DNA from: Octopus sinensis
Lineage: Eukaryota
Assembly (NCBI RefSeq): GCF_006345805.1
Contig: NC_043005.1
Location: forward strand, 50,034,001-50,098,000
Length of the DNA stretch: 64,000 nt
Direction of reading: 5' to 3'
Below the pieces are notes generated by a model. It did not search any database and was not told the origin of the DNA. It worked only from the letters and a program-made list of their open reading frames with translations. The translations under genes were made by a program, and so were the position numbers. Positions 1 to 13,895 of the stretch are shown here, piece by piece; within the stretch, counting starts at the first letter, position 1, and each line of letters starts with the position of its first letter.

Positions 1-527
1 GTTTCTACAGCTGGATGCCCTTCCTAACGCCAACCACTCCGTGAGTGTAGTGGGTGCTTTTTACGTGCCACCGGCACAGGTATCACAACTACAATTTCCA
101 TTTGATTTTTTGATGTTGATGTACTTGAGTTAATAGGTCTCCTCAAGCACAGCAGGTCGCCCTACAATCCAAGATAAGCACAGCAGGCTGTCCTGTGATC
201 CAAGGTACTTTGGATGGGCTGGGGCTTCTATGTGAAGCTGGTGCAGGAAACAGCCATTGACCATACTATTGGAAGTTGCAGTACATCACTGGTCACAGTT
301 TTTTACATTGTTTTAGCTCTCGAATGATGCCACTCTGCTTGCTAGGTATGCAGGCCAACACTTCCCCTGATCAAAAGACTTATGTCACAAGGTTACTTGT
401 TTGCAACTGAGTGGGGTGGGGTACATGAAATTAAGTACTTTGCTTGAGAATACATGCTTCTTGGTCCAGGAATCTGTAAATGCAATAATCCTAACCACTA
501 GGCCACACATCTTCACACACAGAGAGA

Positions 528-559
<32 letters not shown>

Positions 560-978
560 ACACACACACACACATACACACACACACACACAGACTACAC
601 AGCCTTGGGCTGGCCAGTTCTTTCTGAGTGAATTTAGTAGCTTTCATCTACCAAAGCTATGTGGAGGCCAGGTGTGTGTGTGTATATATACATCTATCTG
701 TCTGTTTGTCCATCTGTCTGTTTGTCCATCTGTCTGGCTGTCCTTCTGTATGTGTGTGTGTCTGCCTGTCTGTGTGTCTGCCTGTTTGTCTGTGTGTCTG
801 TCTGTCAGTCCGTCCATCTGTCCATCCATCTATCTATCGGTTTGGTGATGCAAATAGAAAAGTAGAAATAAAAGCATGAGTACATGGTTTTTAGTAATTA
901 CCAGCTGAGGTTACAGCACTAACACATGGAACTGTTGCCCTTTAAGTCACTCTGTACGTTCTGCCAATTATTAATAAT

Positions 979-1011
<33 letters not shown>

Positions 1012-1013
1012 TG

Positions 1014-1050
<37 letters not shown>

Positions 1051-1059
1051 GTGTGTATG

Positions 1060-1090
<31 letters not shown>

Positions 1091-1095
1091 GTATA

Positions 1096-1217
1096 TATTT
1101 ATTTTATAGAAGGAGCTTCTACAGGACTAGAGCTGTTTCATTCAGATGAATCTTCATGAAGATTTCATCTGAATGAAACAGCTCTAGTCCTGTAGAGCTC
1201 CTTCTATAAAATAAATA
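1096..1217. repeat. 122-bp spacerless palindrome in a (TA)n run
   Basis: Centre TCTTCA|TGAAGA. Only two 1-nt indels between the arms. Confidence 0.95.
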
Positions 1218-3145
1218 CTTTACTCTGCTATGTATTGAGTACCTTATTTACTGTGGTTAACCCTGACTCAACCCGGAACCTACATATATATGGATATTTA
1301 TATATATATATATATACAACACATAGTAATGATAATAAACCTTGGATGGAATTTATAAATATTTCAATGCATCACAATATGCGTTTCCACACATATCATG
1401 TCTCTTAAGATCACAGTCTGTATTCCTTGATGACTATAGTGTAGTCTGTAGTATCTGTGGCCATCAGGTAGGTCATCTTCATGGATTCATTTCTTCAGGT
1501 GATATAGTATCAATAGATGTTTAACTGAGGTGGTTTATCACTTTTGATCAGGGAGAAGGTTGAGTGAGGTGTGTGTAGCCAGCATAATGGAATATGAGAT
1601 TTTATATGCATAATCAAAATGTTTCCCATCAACAAATTTAAAGGATATATATATATATATATATATATATAGGCACACATGCACACACACATGTAGTCAT
1701 GTATGTGTGTATATGTGTATGTTCTTGTGTTTGTGTTTGTCTTCTCACCCATTGGTTGACAACCAGTGTTTGTTGTTTGTTTATGTCTTCGTAGCTTAAC
1801 AGTTTGGAAAAGAGACCAATAGAATTAGTACTGGGCTTAAAAGAAGACCGAGTACTTGAGTCAATCTTCAATGCAATGCCCCAGCATGGCCACAATCCAT
1901 AACTGAAACAAGTAGAAGATAAAAGAAAGATATATATATATATAATATATATATAATATATATATACACACATACATAACATCTTTTTCTATGCTTGCAT
2001 GAACTGGACAGAATTTGTTGAGGCAGATTCTTTTTACAGTCAGGTGCCTTTGCTGTCACTAATCCTCACCTACTTTCAAGTAAGGTGATACTTTCTGTGA
2101 CCAGACATCTTTTCACATGAAGCCAAGGCAAGGAGGTAGTAACACACATGCACACACATATATAAAGAGTAAAGAGCAAAGAACCCCTTTGGTCATGAAT
2201 GATCATGGAATTGCAAATAGAAAGTTCCCCTCAGAGGCATAATTCTGGGTAAGGTTGTTTATGGAAGATCAACAGTGACCCATGCATATCAGCCTCCTCT
2301 CTTCCCACAACTGACGTTATCCAAGGGAAATGCAAAGAGCAACACATCTTGGCACCAGTGTCATCGCAATTCATTTCTGCAGTTGAGTCTCTTGCTCAAG
2401 AACACAACACACACAGGCTGAACCAGCAATCAAATTCGTTATCTCATGATTGTGAGCCTGATGTTTTAACCACTGAACCATGCACCTTCATACACACACA
2501 CATACATAGACATATACACAGAAATACACGATGGGCTTCTTTTAGTTTTCAATTACAAAAATCTACTCACAAGGCTTTGCTCAACGTGAAGCAAAGGTAC
2601 CATGCAGTAGGACTGAATCCAAGACCATGTTGTTGGGAAGCAGACTTCTTACCACACGGCTATGCATGCACCTACAAAATCAGTCATGCTGGTATAATGA
2701 GATTATTCATCTTTCATTTACTGAATTCTACCCACTAAAACTTCTGCCATTAATACAAGCCCAGTAAAAAGCAAACGAATATCTTCTTTGGATAAATGCT
2801 AAGGGACACCATCTTGGAGAATAATGTAGTAATCAAGCTGGGAAAGTCGTCTGAAATCTAATATATGGATTGCTACTATATACATCTTAATATGACAAGA
2901 AACTGTGATTCAAATATTGCAGGCTGCAAAGCTATCAAGAGAAATTTCAAGTGAATTTTGAATTGTATTAGCAATATGCATCCATTGAGAAAGGACACCA
3001 GATAGCCATGAAACATTTTTTATTGAACTAAATATGCACCCAGTAACCTTTCTGAAACAGCTGTAGTGTTTCACAGCTTCTTCCCTTTATTTCATTTATA
3101 CAATTATATATGTAGGGACACTCATGGCTCTCTGGATCTCTGGAG

Positions 3146-3527
3146 CAGTGATTCCCAATGTGGGGTATATGCCCCACTGTTGAGGCATGGGAAAATTGTG
3201 GTGGGGCATGGGATCCAAATTTTTTGAGGGGGAGTGTATGTGTGTGTGTAGGGGGGGGTGGAATTTCGAAAATCTTTTTATCACAGCAAATATGCTAAAC
3301 CTATACTCAACCAAGCCAAATCATTCTCTCCAGCCAAGCATACTCTATAAAGACTGTTTACTACAGTAAAGTGCTCTTCTAATGTCCTAGTGTGGATATT
3401 TTGTAAAGGAAAGTATATAATTATGAAATGTTAAATATAAAGTTGTTTTTTTCCAACTGCCAGTGGGGAATATATTTTTCTGGAAAGTTATAGTGAGGCC
3501 CAGAGGAAAATAAGTTGGGAAGCACTA
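3146..3527. mobile_element. hAT-type MITE
   Basis: TIR CAGTGATTCCCAA / TTGGGAAGCACTA. 8-bp TSD CTCTGGAG / CTCTGGGG. Confidence 0.8.
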
Positions 3528-3629
3528 CTCTGGGGCAATATTAATCAACAGGCTGCAAAGCTTGGAAACCAGGAATCCTCTCCAAAATGAGATGCTACTT
3601 CCTTGCATTGAGAAGTCACAACCCTAACA

Positions 3630-3812
3630 TTAGGGACATGTGATTAGAATGTCACAGGAATGAATGGTAAGAATCAAGCCAAGACTTAGAGACTTAGGGG
3701 TAGACCAAAACTGAGATGGTTAGATAACATCCATAGTCTCAGTAAGTCATATTTAGGAACTCAGCTGGAAAGTCTAATGACAGTTGCTTCTGATTGGACC
3801 CTTCTGTAGGAA
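3630..3812 (+). mobile_element. Old RTE-like LINE C-terminal fragment (different family)
   Basis: GHVIRMSQE, then GRPKLRWLDNIHSL...LMTVASDWTL across a frameshift. Confidence 0.5.
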
Positions 3813-3974
3813 GTGTCTGAGGACTCTATCCCCACAATTCTTCCAGGAATACTGAGTAACAAAGATGGATGGAAAAGCAATTTGGGAAATGTTATAGACA
3901 TGGGATCTCTACAAATGCTTATCATAGATGGTAAAACCTAGTATCTGTAAGTGTATGAAGAGTTTTAGTAACAT

Positions 3975-4210
3975 ATTGTTCGAAGCACCATCTGAATGTG
4001 GCTGATGCCAGCGCTGCCTGACTGGCTCCCATGTCAGTGGCATGTAAAAAGCATCCACTATGCTCTCAGGGTGGTTGGCATTAGGAAGGGCATCCATCTG
4101 TAGAAACATTGCCAGAGTAGATTGGAGCCTGGTGCAGCCTCCTAGCTTGCCAATCCCCTGTCAAACCATCCAACCCATGCCAGCATGGAAAATGGACGTT
4201 AAACGATGAT

Positions 4211-4242
<32 letters not shown>
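3975..4242 (+). mobile_element. RTE-type 3' UTR fragment
   Basis: Standard terminus and (GAT)n tail. Further plus-strand copies at about 6722-6895, 28036-28203, 52200-52512, 55430-55742, 59172-59392 and 63131-63273. Confidence 0.85.
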
Positions 4243-5187
4243 TTCATAAGGATGAGCATGGAAAATATGAGGGATTGTTTGTGTATTCTGATTTGTGTGG
4301 TGACTGCAGTTTGGTACTGTTGTCATGTCCTTACTTGAGAATGTTTCTAAGCCTTCATGAGAGAACAAATATCCTTTCTGATCATCAACACATCACCACC
4401 TCATTTTGAACAAATACTATCTACTAAAGAAACCGACTAGGAAGCTTCTACATGGTCACTCAGTCTGCTAGAGAGAGTAGCTACATTTTCTTCATATCAC
4501 ACTAACAAATTATACCATGTAGTCCTCGATGTACAAATAGATAGAATGATCATAGACCAAAGGAGAGTTTGAGAAAGAGCTTGATTTTTCAGCTCAGATA
4601 CCATGACAAGTCAACGATCTAACATCATGAGATCTTGTTGCACATCTGATAAATGCGAAGAGAGGGGGGAGGGAGAGAGCTAAGGAAAGAGAGACAGAGA
4701 GAGTAGTATTGTTGCTTTGGTTGTAGGCAACAAGGAAATGAGGTGAAAGAACGATGCGATGCAGGAAATGGTTGGAGATGAAGGTTGACAGAGGAGGAAT
4801 GTGAGAAGGTCAGAGAGTAAGAAGAATGAAAGGGGATGGCTAGGGCATCTGGAATCATCAGAGAGGTAAAGTAGGAGCCAATGATATTTCATTATGCTAC
4901 TTATAGTAATGAATGCTTTTGATTATAGATTTGCTAAATTAGGATTGACCTAGGACAAGACAATAATAACAAGAGCAACAACAACAATAAAATAGATATA
5001 TTGATTACACACATAAAACTGCTACAAATCCATTGGTTCAGCCACAGTAATGGCTCACCATTAGTTGAACTATCCGCTCCTAGAATTAGTGAATAAACGG
5101 CTGAATATTACACAGACATTTATACCCCTTATCATAATTCTCAGACAGAACCAAGTTGTATCTTTAAACCACAGTTATCATTTACTC

Positions 5188-5654
5188 CAGTGGCTCTCAA
5201 CTGGGGTCCACATGACCCTTGGTGGGGTCCATGTATGATTTTGTTGCTAAAGTTTACGAGCAATAAGTTAGTTATATTTCTACAATATATAAAAAATTTT
5301 AACAATTTTTAAGAAAATTCCTGTTGGTTGTCATTCCTTAAGGTCTGTTTTCCTTCCTGGAATGGGTTGAATGGTTTGATCAGAGCTGATAAGCCAGGGA
5401 GTTGTGCCAGGTTCCAGTCTGATTTGGCCTGATTGCTATAGCTGGATACCCTTCCTAACATCAACCACTTTAAAGTGTCTTGCTGGGTGAGTTTAGTGAT
5501 GTTGGCATGAGTGCTTTTAAGAGGCACTGGTGCAAGTATTTAATTATAAGAATCTAATGGGAATTTTTTCAAACATCAAATGGCTTTGAGGGTCCAACCA
5601 CGTAAAATAGAAAACAAAGGGGATCCATGGGTAAGAAATGGTTGAGAAGCACTG
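5188..5654. mobile_element. hAT-type MITE interrupted by an RTE 3' fragment
   Basis: TIR CAGTGGCTCTCAAC / GTTGAGAAGCACTG; degenerate 8-bp TSD. Confidence 0.7.
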
Positions 5655-6027
5655 ATCAACTCAATTTCAGCCAAGAAAGTAGTTTTGTGTTAGTATGGAG
5701 CTAAGGTAAAGAGAATTGCCCAAGATTCCATGCAATCAGATTAAACTCAAAATCTTGTGATTGGCAAGTGAATTGGTGGTATGATTAAATGCACCTTGTC
5801 TATGTTGCAAAATGATTTGCAACAGGAATGATGGAAAATCAATGAAAATATCTTCTTGCATATACAGGGTTGATGTAAGATTAAAATGACTAGATGTGGC
5901 ATATAAGCTGTCCTATGTATATATATATATATATGAGTATTGTAGTTCACTTGAAGTATTGTTATATCGAAAAAGGTAAAAAGAAAGGAAATAGAAAGCT
6001 TCTGACAATGCAGAAAGCTTTATAAAA

Positions 6028-6065
6028 CCTTTATATTTCAGGGGCAAGGGCCCATCTTCAGAAAA
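6028..6065 (-). ncRNA. Minimal PLE-type hammerhead motif (inverted partner of 6151-6188)
   Basis: Minus strand: UUUU-CUGAAGA-U-GGG-CCCUUGC-CCU-GAAA-UAU-A-AAGG. Confidence 0.55.
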
Positions 6066-6150
6066 TGAACAGTTGGGGAAATGTCCAGGTATTTCAGGTT
6101 CTGTCAACTCTTTCAAATTTCCTACATAACTAGACATTTCCCAGATATTT

Positions 6151-6188
6151 TCTTCTGAAGACGGGCCTTTGTGCCTGAAATATAAAAG
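6151..6188 (+). ncRNA. Minimal PLE-type hammerhead motif
   Basis: UCUU-CUGAAGA-C-GGGC-CUUUGU-GCCU-GAAA-UAU-A-AAAG. Loop-less palindromic stem III (AUAU); stem I has one mismatch. Confidence 0.6.
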
Positions 6189-6667
6189 TTTTATAAAAAT
6201 TTCCGCATTGTCAGAAGCATTCTACTTTCTCTCTTTTTACCTTCCTATATAAATATTTTGTTATGAACAAAAAATTATATTCAGATAATTTCTCATTCAT
6301 ATGATGCAGATTTGAACACTGCTCTCTGGTTTTGCAAAACAAGATGAAAAAATAATTCATTGTGACTGTTTAAAATGTAGGCGGTATGATTTTGACATGC
6401 TTTTTATTGTGTGGGCAAACTATAAATACTAGTATTGAACATATGGTAAGTGAGGGCCTGGTTTCCTAGTTTCTACGGCGTATGTGCTCCCCAGCTGGAT
6501 GGGACGTCAGTCCATCGCAGCATTACTCATTTTTGCAAGCTGAGTGGACTGGAGCAACGTGAAATAAAGTGTTTTGCTCAAGAACACAATGCGTCGTCCG
6601 ATCCAGGAATCGAAACCACAATCTTACGATCATGATGCTGACACCCTAACCACTAAGCCACGTGCCT

Positions 6668-6706
<39 letters not shown>

Positions 6707-7078
6707 TATATATAAAAAAAAAATATATAAAGCACCCAGTACACTCTGTAAAATGGTTGGCATTAGGAAGGGCATCCAGCTGTAGAAACCATGCCAAACC
6801 AGGCAATACAAGTTGGCACAGTCCTCTACCTTGCCAGCTCCTGTCAAACCATCCATCCCATATGAGCATGGGAAACATATTAAATGATGATGATAAGAGG
6901 ATAATGGTATATATATATAAATATATGCTGTGTGTGTATATATTGTGTGTATATAAATTGTGTATATATATGCATGCATGCATGCCTGCCTACCTGGCTA
7001 CCTATGTATGTATGTATGTTTCTATCTATCTATATTATTGACATCATAAGAATTTAGAAATTTTGAAGGAATGTGAAA

Positions 7079-7301
7079 TAATTCTATTTTGAAATGGTGA
7101 AATTGGAAGCAGATAATGCTGTGAATAATGAGGTATAAATGTTGGGTTAAAAAAAAATCTTTGGATAAAAAAAACTGAAAGAATACCAGTGGGATGGCAG
7201 CCTTTGATTTTTCATATCCAAATTGCTTTTTAATCACATATTCACATGCTATTATTTATAGCATTATCCGCTTCCAGTTTCATCATTCCAAAACAGAATT
7301 A
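7079..7301. repeat. Inverted repeat with about 52-bp arms and a 120-bp spacer (MITE-like)
   Basis: 7080-7130 is the reverse complement of 7251-7300 at roughly 80% identity. Confidence 0.65.
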
Positions 7302-8274
7302 TACTTACGTACATACACACATACATACACACACATCACTTATATATGTATGTATGCATGTATTATGTATGTATGTATTTATGTATGTATGTATACACAC
7401 ACACACGATTACTTAAGACTAGATACTTTAAGACCTTTGTAAGGAGTAAGCAAAATTAAAAAACTAAACGTGTATTCTGTGCATTTTCTATATTCCCCAA
7501 TTTCAAATTCAAACTTTTAATCCCACCAAATTTCATGAAAATGTGATTATCTCCCTTGTACTGTTTGACTGCTAGAGTACTGCACTGGTATGTGATTTAA
7601 CAGAATTAAAAAAAAAAATTATTTGTCTACTTCTGAATTGTTTCATAAAAAATAAAATATAGTAAGATGAAATTCAATAACCTGAATGGGTGATTCAGCT
7701 TTTATTTCTAGCAACAGATATTCTCCAAATTACAAGACACAATCTAACCAGTTTAGGTAGCAAACATTCAGGGATGATTATTAGTGTATATCGTCCCTGT
7801 CAATTTAACCACTTATTATTATAGGTGGATCCTCTATTTGACATTTGAAAGTGTATCACAAATGTGTGAGTATATATTTATGTGGGCATGGCTGTGTGAT
7901 AAGAAGTTTGCTTCCCAACCACATGGTTCTGGGTTCAGTCTTGGCACCTTGGGTAAGTGTCTTCTACTATGGCCTCAAGCCAACCAAAGATGGAAAGTGA
8001 AAGAAGTCAATCGTGTGCATGTGTGTGTGTGTACATACATACACATATATATATATATATATATATATCTATATATATGTGTGTGTGTGTATATATATAT
8101 GTGTGTGTGTATGTATATATATATATATTATATATATGTATGTATGTATATATATATATATAGTCTTCCTTAAAACAAATTTTGATAAGGTTTGTTTTTT
8201 TCAAGAAGAACTGAAACATGTAAAATTTCTAAGAAAATTAAAATTTATCTTATATAGTGGCATTTTCAAACTTC

Positions 8275-8351
<77 letters not shown>

Positions 8352-8389
8352 TGTTTTATTGGCCAAAATTATGACAGGAATGACTCAAG

Positions 8390-8659
8390 CAGTGTTTCTC
8401 AACCGTTTTTTTTACCTATGGACTCCTTTGATTCCTATTATACTCCAAGCATTCAATGTTTTAAAAAAATCCTATTATATCGTTATAATTAAATATTAGG
8501 AATTGTATAAAAATAATTATTGAAATATTTTGTGTATTGTAGAATTATAAACAAGTTATTGCTCATAGATTTTAACAACAAAAATTTAATGTCGACCCCC
8601 CCATAGGCCATATGGACCCTAGTTGAACATCAAGTTGAGTACAAAGTTGAGTACCACTG
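8390..8659. mobile_element. hAT-type MITE
   Basis: CAGTGTTTCTCAAC / GTTGAGTACCACTG. Body homologous to 55791-56016. Confidence 0.75.
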
Positions 8660-9132
8660 ATCTAGAGTGTCATGTCAAGGCAACTCTCAAACATTGCCTT
8701 GGTATGTAACTCACAGTCACTCTTGGAGCAAACTCACTTAATAATAATTGTTATGTGTTGCTTTATGTATTCAGTTCTCTCTTTTTCTGATTATGAAAAA
8801 AAATGTTCAGACACACACACAAACACACACACACACACACCCGATTCATGCATGCGTGTATTCTGGCCTAGGACATATATGACTAGGTATTCTTTTATTC
8901 TTTTACTTGTTTCAGTCACTTGATTGCGGCCATGCTGGAGCACCTTAAAGGGTTTTAGTCAAAGAAATCAACCCCGGGACTTATTCTTTGCAAGCCTAGT
9001 ACTTACTCTATTAGTCTCTTTTGCTGAACTGCTAAGTTATGGGGGACACAAACACTTCAGCATTGGTTGTCAAGAGACTATGACAGTGCAAACACAAACA
9101 CACACACACACACACACACAAACATATATATA

Positions 9133-9460
9133 TCATCATCGTCCGCTTTCCATGCTAGCATGGGTTGGACGATTTGACTGAGGACTGGCGAACCAGATGG
9201 CTGCGTCAGGCTCCAATCTGATCTGGCAGAGTTTCTACAGCTGGATGCCCTTCCTAACACCAACCACTCCGAGAGTGTAGTGGGTGCTTTTACATGCCAC
9301 CGGCACGAGGGCCAGTCAGGCGGTTCTGGCAATGGCCATGCTCGAAATGGTATTTTTTACATGCCACCTGCACAGGAGTCAGTCCAGCGGCACTGGCAAC
9401 AACCTCACTCACATGTTTTGTTCACGTGCCACTGGCACAACTGCCAGTAAGGCGATGCTG
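9133..9460 (-). mobile_element. RTE-type 3' UTR fragment
   Basis: Reverse complement of the same terminus. Further minus-strand copies at about 1-260, 5325-5535, 33776-34085, 58785-59165 and 60001-60475. Confidence 0.85.
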
Positions 9461-9715
9461 GATATATATATATATATATATATATATTGCAAAATCCAAA
9501 CTAGAATAGCAGCCAACAACTGATGAAGGGTCGTTCCCTATGTAGTTTGTCTTGTTTTCCATTTGAGTCTTTTGTTGTTCGAAAAAAGAGTTCATATTCC
9601 TTGTACTCATACTTCATATTTTTTTGTTGTACATGTTTCATGATGTCCTGTACCCACATATGCATATATATACATATAAATGTAAGTATGTACATATACG
9701 TATGTATATATGTGC

Positions 9716-9750
<35 letters not shown>

Positions 9751-9754
9751 CATG

Positions 9755-9845
<91 letters not shown>

Positions 9846-10487
9846 ATATTATATATATATATATATTTATATATTATATACATATATGGCTGGCTTCTTT
9901 CAGTTTTCGTCTACCAAATCCACTCACAAGGATTTGGTCAGCCCGACATTATAGTAGAAGACACTTGTCCAAGTGCTATGTGGTCAGGGCTGGCCCAAGG
10001 TACTGGCAACTCAGGCAGTCAACCAGGATGCTATGTGCTAATGGACATCAAGGAGGGTGTAACAAAGACAAGGAAATTTCCATGACTGTCAGCTTTTACA
10101 TGCCAAAGTTCTGCTTACCCTTGGCACCAGCAATTCTAGGGCCAGCCCTGCACATGGTGGGACTGAACGTAGGACTATGTGGCTGGTAAACAAGCTTCTC
10201 ACCACACAACCATACCCGTGCCTATGTTTAGCTTTGCTTGGTGAATTTATATCCATTGAGAATTTCTCTTATCTACTCAGATTAATGTTTGTATGGAAAC
10301 TTGGCTAAAACCTTCTGCAGAATAACTAATAACAGAACACATACACAACCAAATGCACATACAAAACATAAAAAGATAATATATAAGTGTACATACATAT
10401 ATATGTACATATATATATATATAATATATATATATATATATGAACATGTATATATATATAATATATGATATATATATGTATATAATA

Positions 10488-10525
<38 letters not shown>

Positions 10526-10800
10526 CACAGATCATTGTAATTTGATGAAAAAGAAAGTATTCAATATTACACATCATATTTATTGATATGTTTGATATAC
10601 AAACATAGACTGTTTACAGTCATATACACTTACATACTTGTATACATAAACACACATACATATGTATGTGTTTGTGTGTGTATGTGAGTGTGCGTGCATG
10701 CGTGTATGTGATCTTAGTGATATATTTATGTATATAAATATGTATAGTTACATGCACATACACATGCATAACACACACACAACACACACATATACATATA

Positions 10801-11075
10801 TACCATAACATGCATATAAATATACACATGTATCTACACATAAACATGGAATTCTTAGAAAATACACAGACACACACACATACATACATATGTACCATAA
10901 CATGCATATAAATATACACATATATCTGTACAAATACACGGAATTCTAAGAAAATGCACACACACAAACACACACACTCACTCATACACACATATGCACA
11001 CACATATATCATAACATGCACATAAATAGACACATGTATCTACACACAAACATGGAATTCTAAGAAAATACATGT
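10801..11075. repeat. Minisatellite, three units of about 90-115 bp
   Basis: CATAACATGCATATAAATATACACATGTATCTACAC...GGAATTCT(T/A)AGAAAAT repeated three times with variable CA-rich spacers. Confidence 0.8.
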
Positions 11076-12344
11076 ACGCAAACACACACTCATACATACA
11101 CACACACATGCACACATATATACTGCCCCACACTGACATACATACATGCATACATACACACATATACTCATACATGGCCAATACACTGGTACACACCCAT
11201 ATGGATCTTTCATAAGTTAACAGCCCATTCTCTAATCTGGAATTGTATATACAGATCTTCAATTACTGAAAGAGCTTTCAGCCTGTGTCAGTGACCAGTG
11301 TACATAGCTAATGTAAGGAAGAGAGTTCTGGAGAAAATCCCAGGAGTTACAATGCTTATACTCTTGGGTGGTCATATATATATATATAACCTTGATTGAC
11401 ATAGCTTCTGTTGGTTCAACTAAATGGATGTACCAACAAGATATAACTAGTCACCATCATCATCTTGATGATGATGACAATGGTGGTGGTTGTTTTGGTG
11501 GTGATATTGATGATGATGATGAGGTGATGGTGGTGGTGGTGATGATGATGATGGTGGTGGTAATGGTGGTGGTAGTGGTGTTGTGGTAGTGATAATGATG
11601 ATTATGATGATGATGGGGGATGCTGATGTTAGTAATGATGATGATCATCTTGGTCATCATCATCATCCTCATCATCATTGTTAGCATTGTTGTTACTCTA
11701 ATCATCGTCAACATTATCACATGTAAGACAGAGCCAGTTATCAGCCGAAGTCTCTCATGGGGGGTTGTGTTCTCCATTTCTCTTTGGTTGGAAATTACAA
11801 GAAACTGTTTTTCGTTTTCTTCTCTATCTGGTGGTTGCTATGACAAAGAGCCTGTGTGGTGGACAAGATTGAAAAATCTGAGAACAGAACAGAACAGACA
11901 TCTTTCTTTTAAGCCAAGCCCTCATTGACTTCTTCAAGTTCCATTCAGAGAAGAAGGTTACCGTGGAGAGAGGTGTACTGCTCTCTACTGAATTTATAGG
12001 AAGCTGAAGGGGAATGGGATTAACCCTTTAGCATTCAGATTATTCTGTCAAAGGTAATGTTTATTTACTCTCATTGCTTTAAGTTTATCATTCACAAGCA
12101 AAACATACCCCCCGTCCAATGGACGGTGCTGAGTTGTCAAACATTTAAACCAAATTTTCTCAAAACAACTTGTCTGACCGTCCCATAGGCCTCCCCTTTG
12201 AGAAATACTGATTTAACCTAAATTTGAGACACCAGCAAAAGAAGAAATAAAGATAGACTTTTTTCTATTCCAAAGAAAAACAATTTTATTCACACAAATA
12301 TGCAACTGAAGAGTTTAAAGTACCAGTAAAGATAAGGCTGTTGA

Positions 12345-12660
12345 CTGGGAGAACACAAACATGGTTTAAACAGTAAGCTTGGCAGGAAAGAAACGTGCCT
12401 TTAAGCAGTACAAAAACAACAAAAAATGGAAGGTGCAGTTATGTACAGGTTAACAGAAGAAAAGCAGGACAAAACGGCTTTATCGATGGCATTCTCACCT
12501 GGAATCGATTTTTGTAATTTTTTCAAGACTTATATAAACCCTGATACCGTCGGTATCTACATATCAAATTTGAACGCAATCAGATGGAGGATGCCCGAGA
12601 TCCTAGAAGCCACACACACACACACACAGACAGACAGAACGGATTTTATATAAGAGATTA
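12345..12660 (+). mobile_element. Possible non-autonomous Helitron/Helentron-like element end
   Basis: ATCAAATTTGAACGCAATCAGATG...(CA)n(CAGA)n-GAACGGATTTTATATAAGAGAT resembles Lep1/DINE-like ends. Confidence 0.4.
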
Positions 12661-13108
12661 TCTTGTAGCTTCAAGATTTTATTGATGTGATTGTTTAATT
12701 TTAAAATGACATTGTAAGGCAGGTGTGAGAGGCCAGATCTGGTTGGTGTGAACATAAAACAGTTAGGATATTTGGGCCTTTAGCGTTTACATTATTCTGT
12801 CAATAGTAATGTTCAGTTGTTCACGTCATTAATTAATCATGCATTATCTTCTAGCTTTGAGATTTTGATGAGGTAACTATTAATTTGTAGTGAGCTGGCA
12901 GAATGGTTAGCATGCCAGACAAAATGCTTAGCACTATTTTGTCCCTCTTTACATTCTGAGTTCAAATTCTGAGTACACCAAGGTTGACTTTGCCTTTTAT
13001 TCTTTCGTGGTCAATAAGATAAGTACCAGTCAAGTTTTGGGGTTGATGCAATTAACTAACACCCACCCCTGAAATTTCAGGCCTTGTACAGATAGTAAAG
13101 AAGATTAT

Positions 13109-13150
<42 letters not shown>

Positions 13151-13895
13151 CGTTGTATATTCAATCTCCTTACCAATAACTAATATGTAGCTTCCTATCA
13201 CTGTCACCCATCTATAGCCTATCCCTCCATCACCCTTTCGCTATGGTGTAGGTGTTTTGCTTGGTGATTAGGGTGTTGGATTCATGATTGTAAGATTATG
13301 GTTTCGAATCCTGGACCAAGTGATACGTTGTGTTCTTGAGTAAAATACTTCACTTCATGTTGCTCCTGTCCATACAGCTTGCAAAAATGAATCATCCTGT
13401 GACAGACCAGTGCCCAGTCCAAGTGGGGAATTTATATGCCATGGAAACTAGGAAACTGGCCCTTATAAGTCAGCATGACTCAAGAAGCTAATATTTTGCC
13501 TTTTACTATGGTTTTGTCTCTTTCATAAGTCTTTCTCCTGTTCACCCTCTTAGTCATGTTGTCTTAAATGAATGGAGAGACAGCATATTATGAAGGGGAC
13601 CCTTTATTCATGCAGGAGACAAGACAACCTCTCCAGTGTTAATGCTATGAAAAAAAAATGCTCCCTGTACAAAGAGTAAAGTGGTGGGCAAATGAACAGA
13701 AAGAATGTAAGGTGGAGACAACTTTAAAATTGATGAGGGTAACAAATATAAAATGGAAACCATGCCACAAAAATGAAATTTATTAGCAAGTTGTTTGTCC
13801 CTAACTTGTTTAGGAAGGCAGAAGCTTCAAAAACGAATTGATTTATTGACTTAGACAGTGATGCCCCCTCCAACTCTTGCCTGCAGAGAAAGCAA

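Noticed and set aside
9515-9640. CTGATGA-AGGG-TCGTT-CCCT on plus and GAAACATGTA-CAACAA on minus
   Set aside because: The two halves are on opposite strands and neither completes a ribozyme. Kept only as a hint.
11720-11880. Minus-strand acceptor-like tract ttctgttctcag with a downstream open stretch
   Set aside because: All three frames from the acceptor hit stops, and there is no similarity to the downstream RhoGAP helix.
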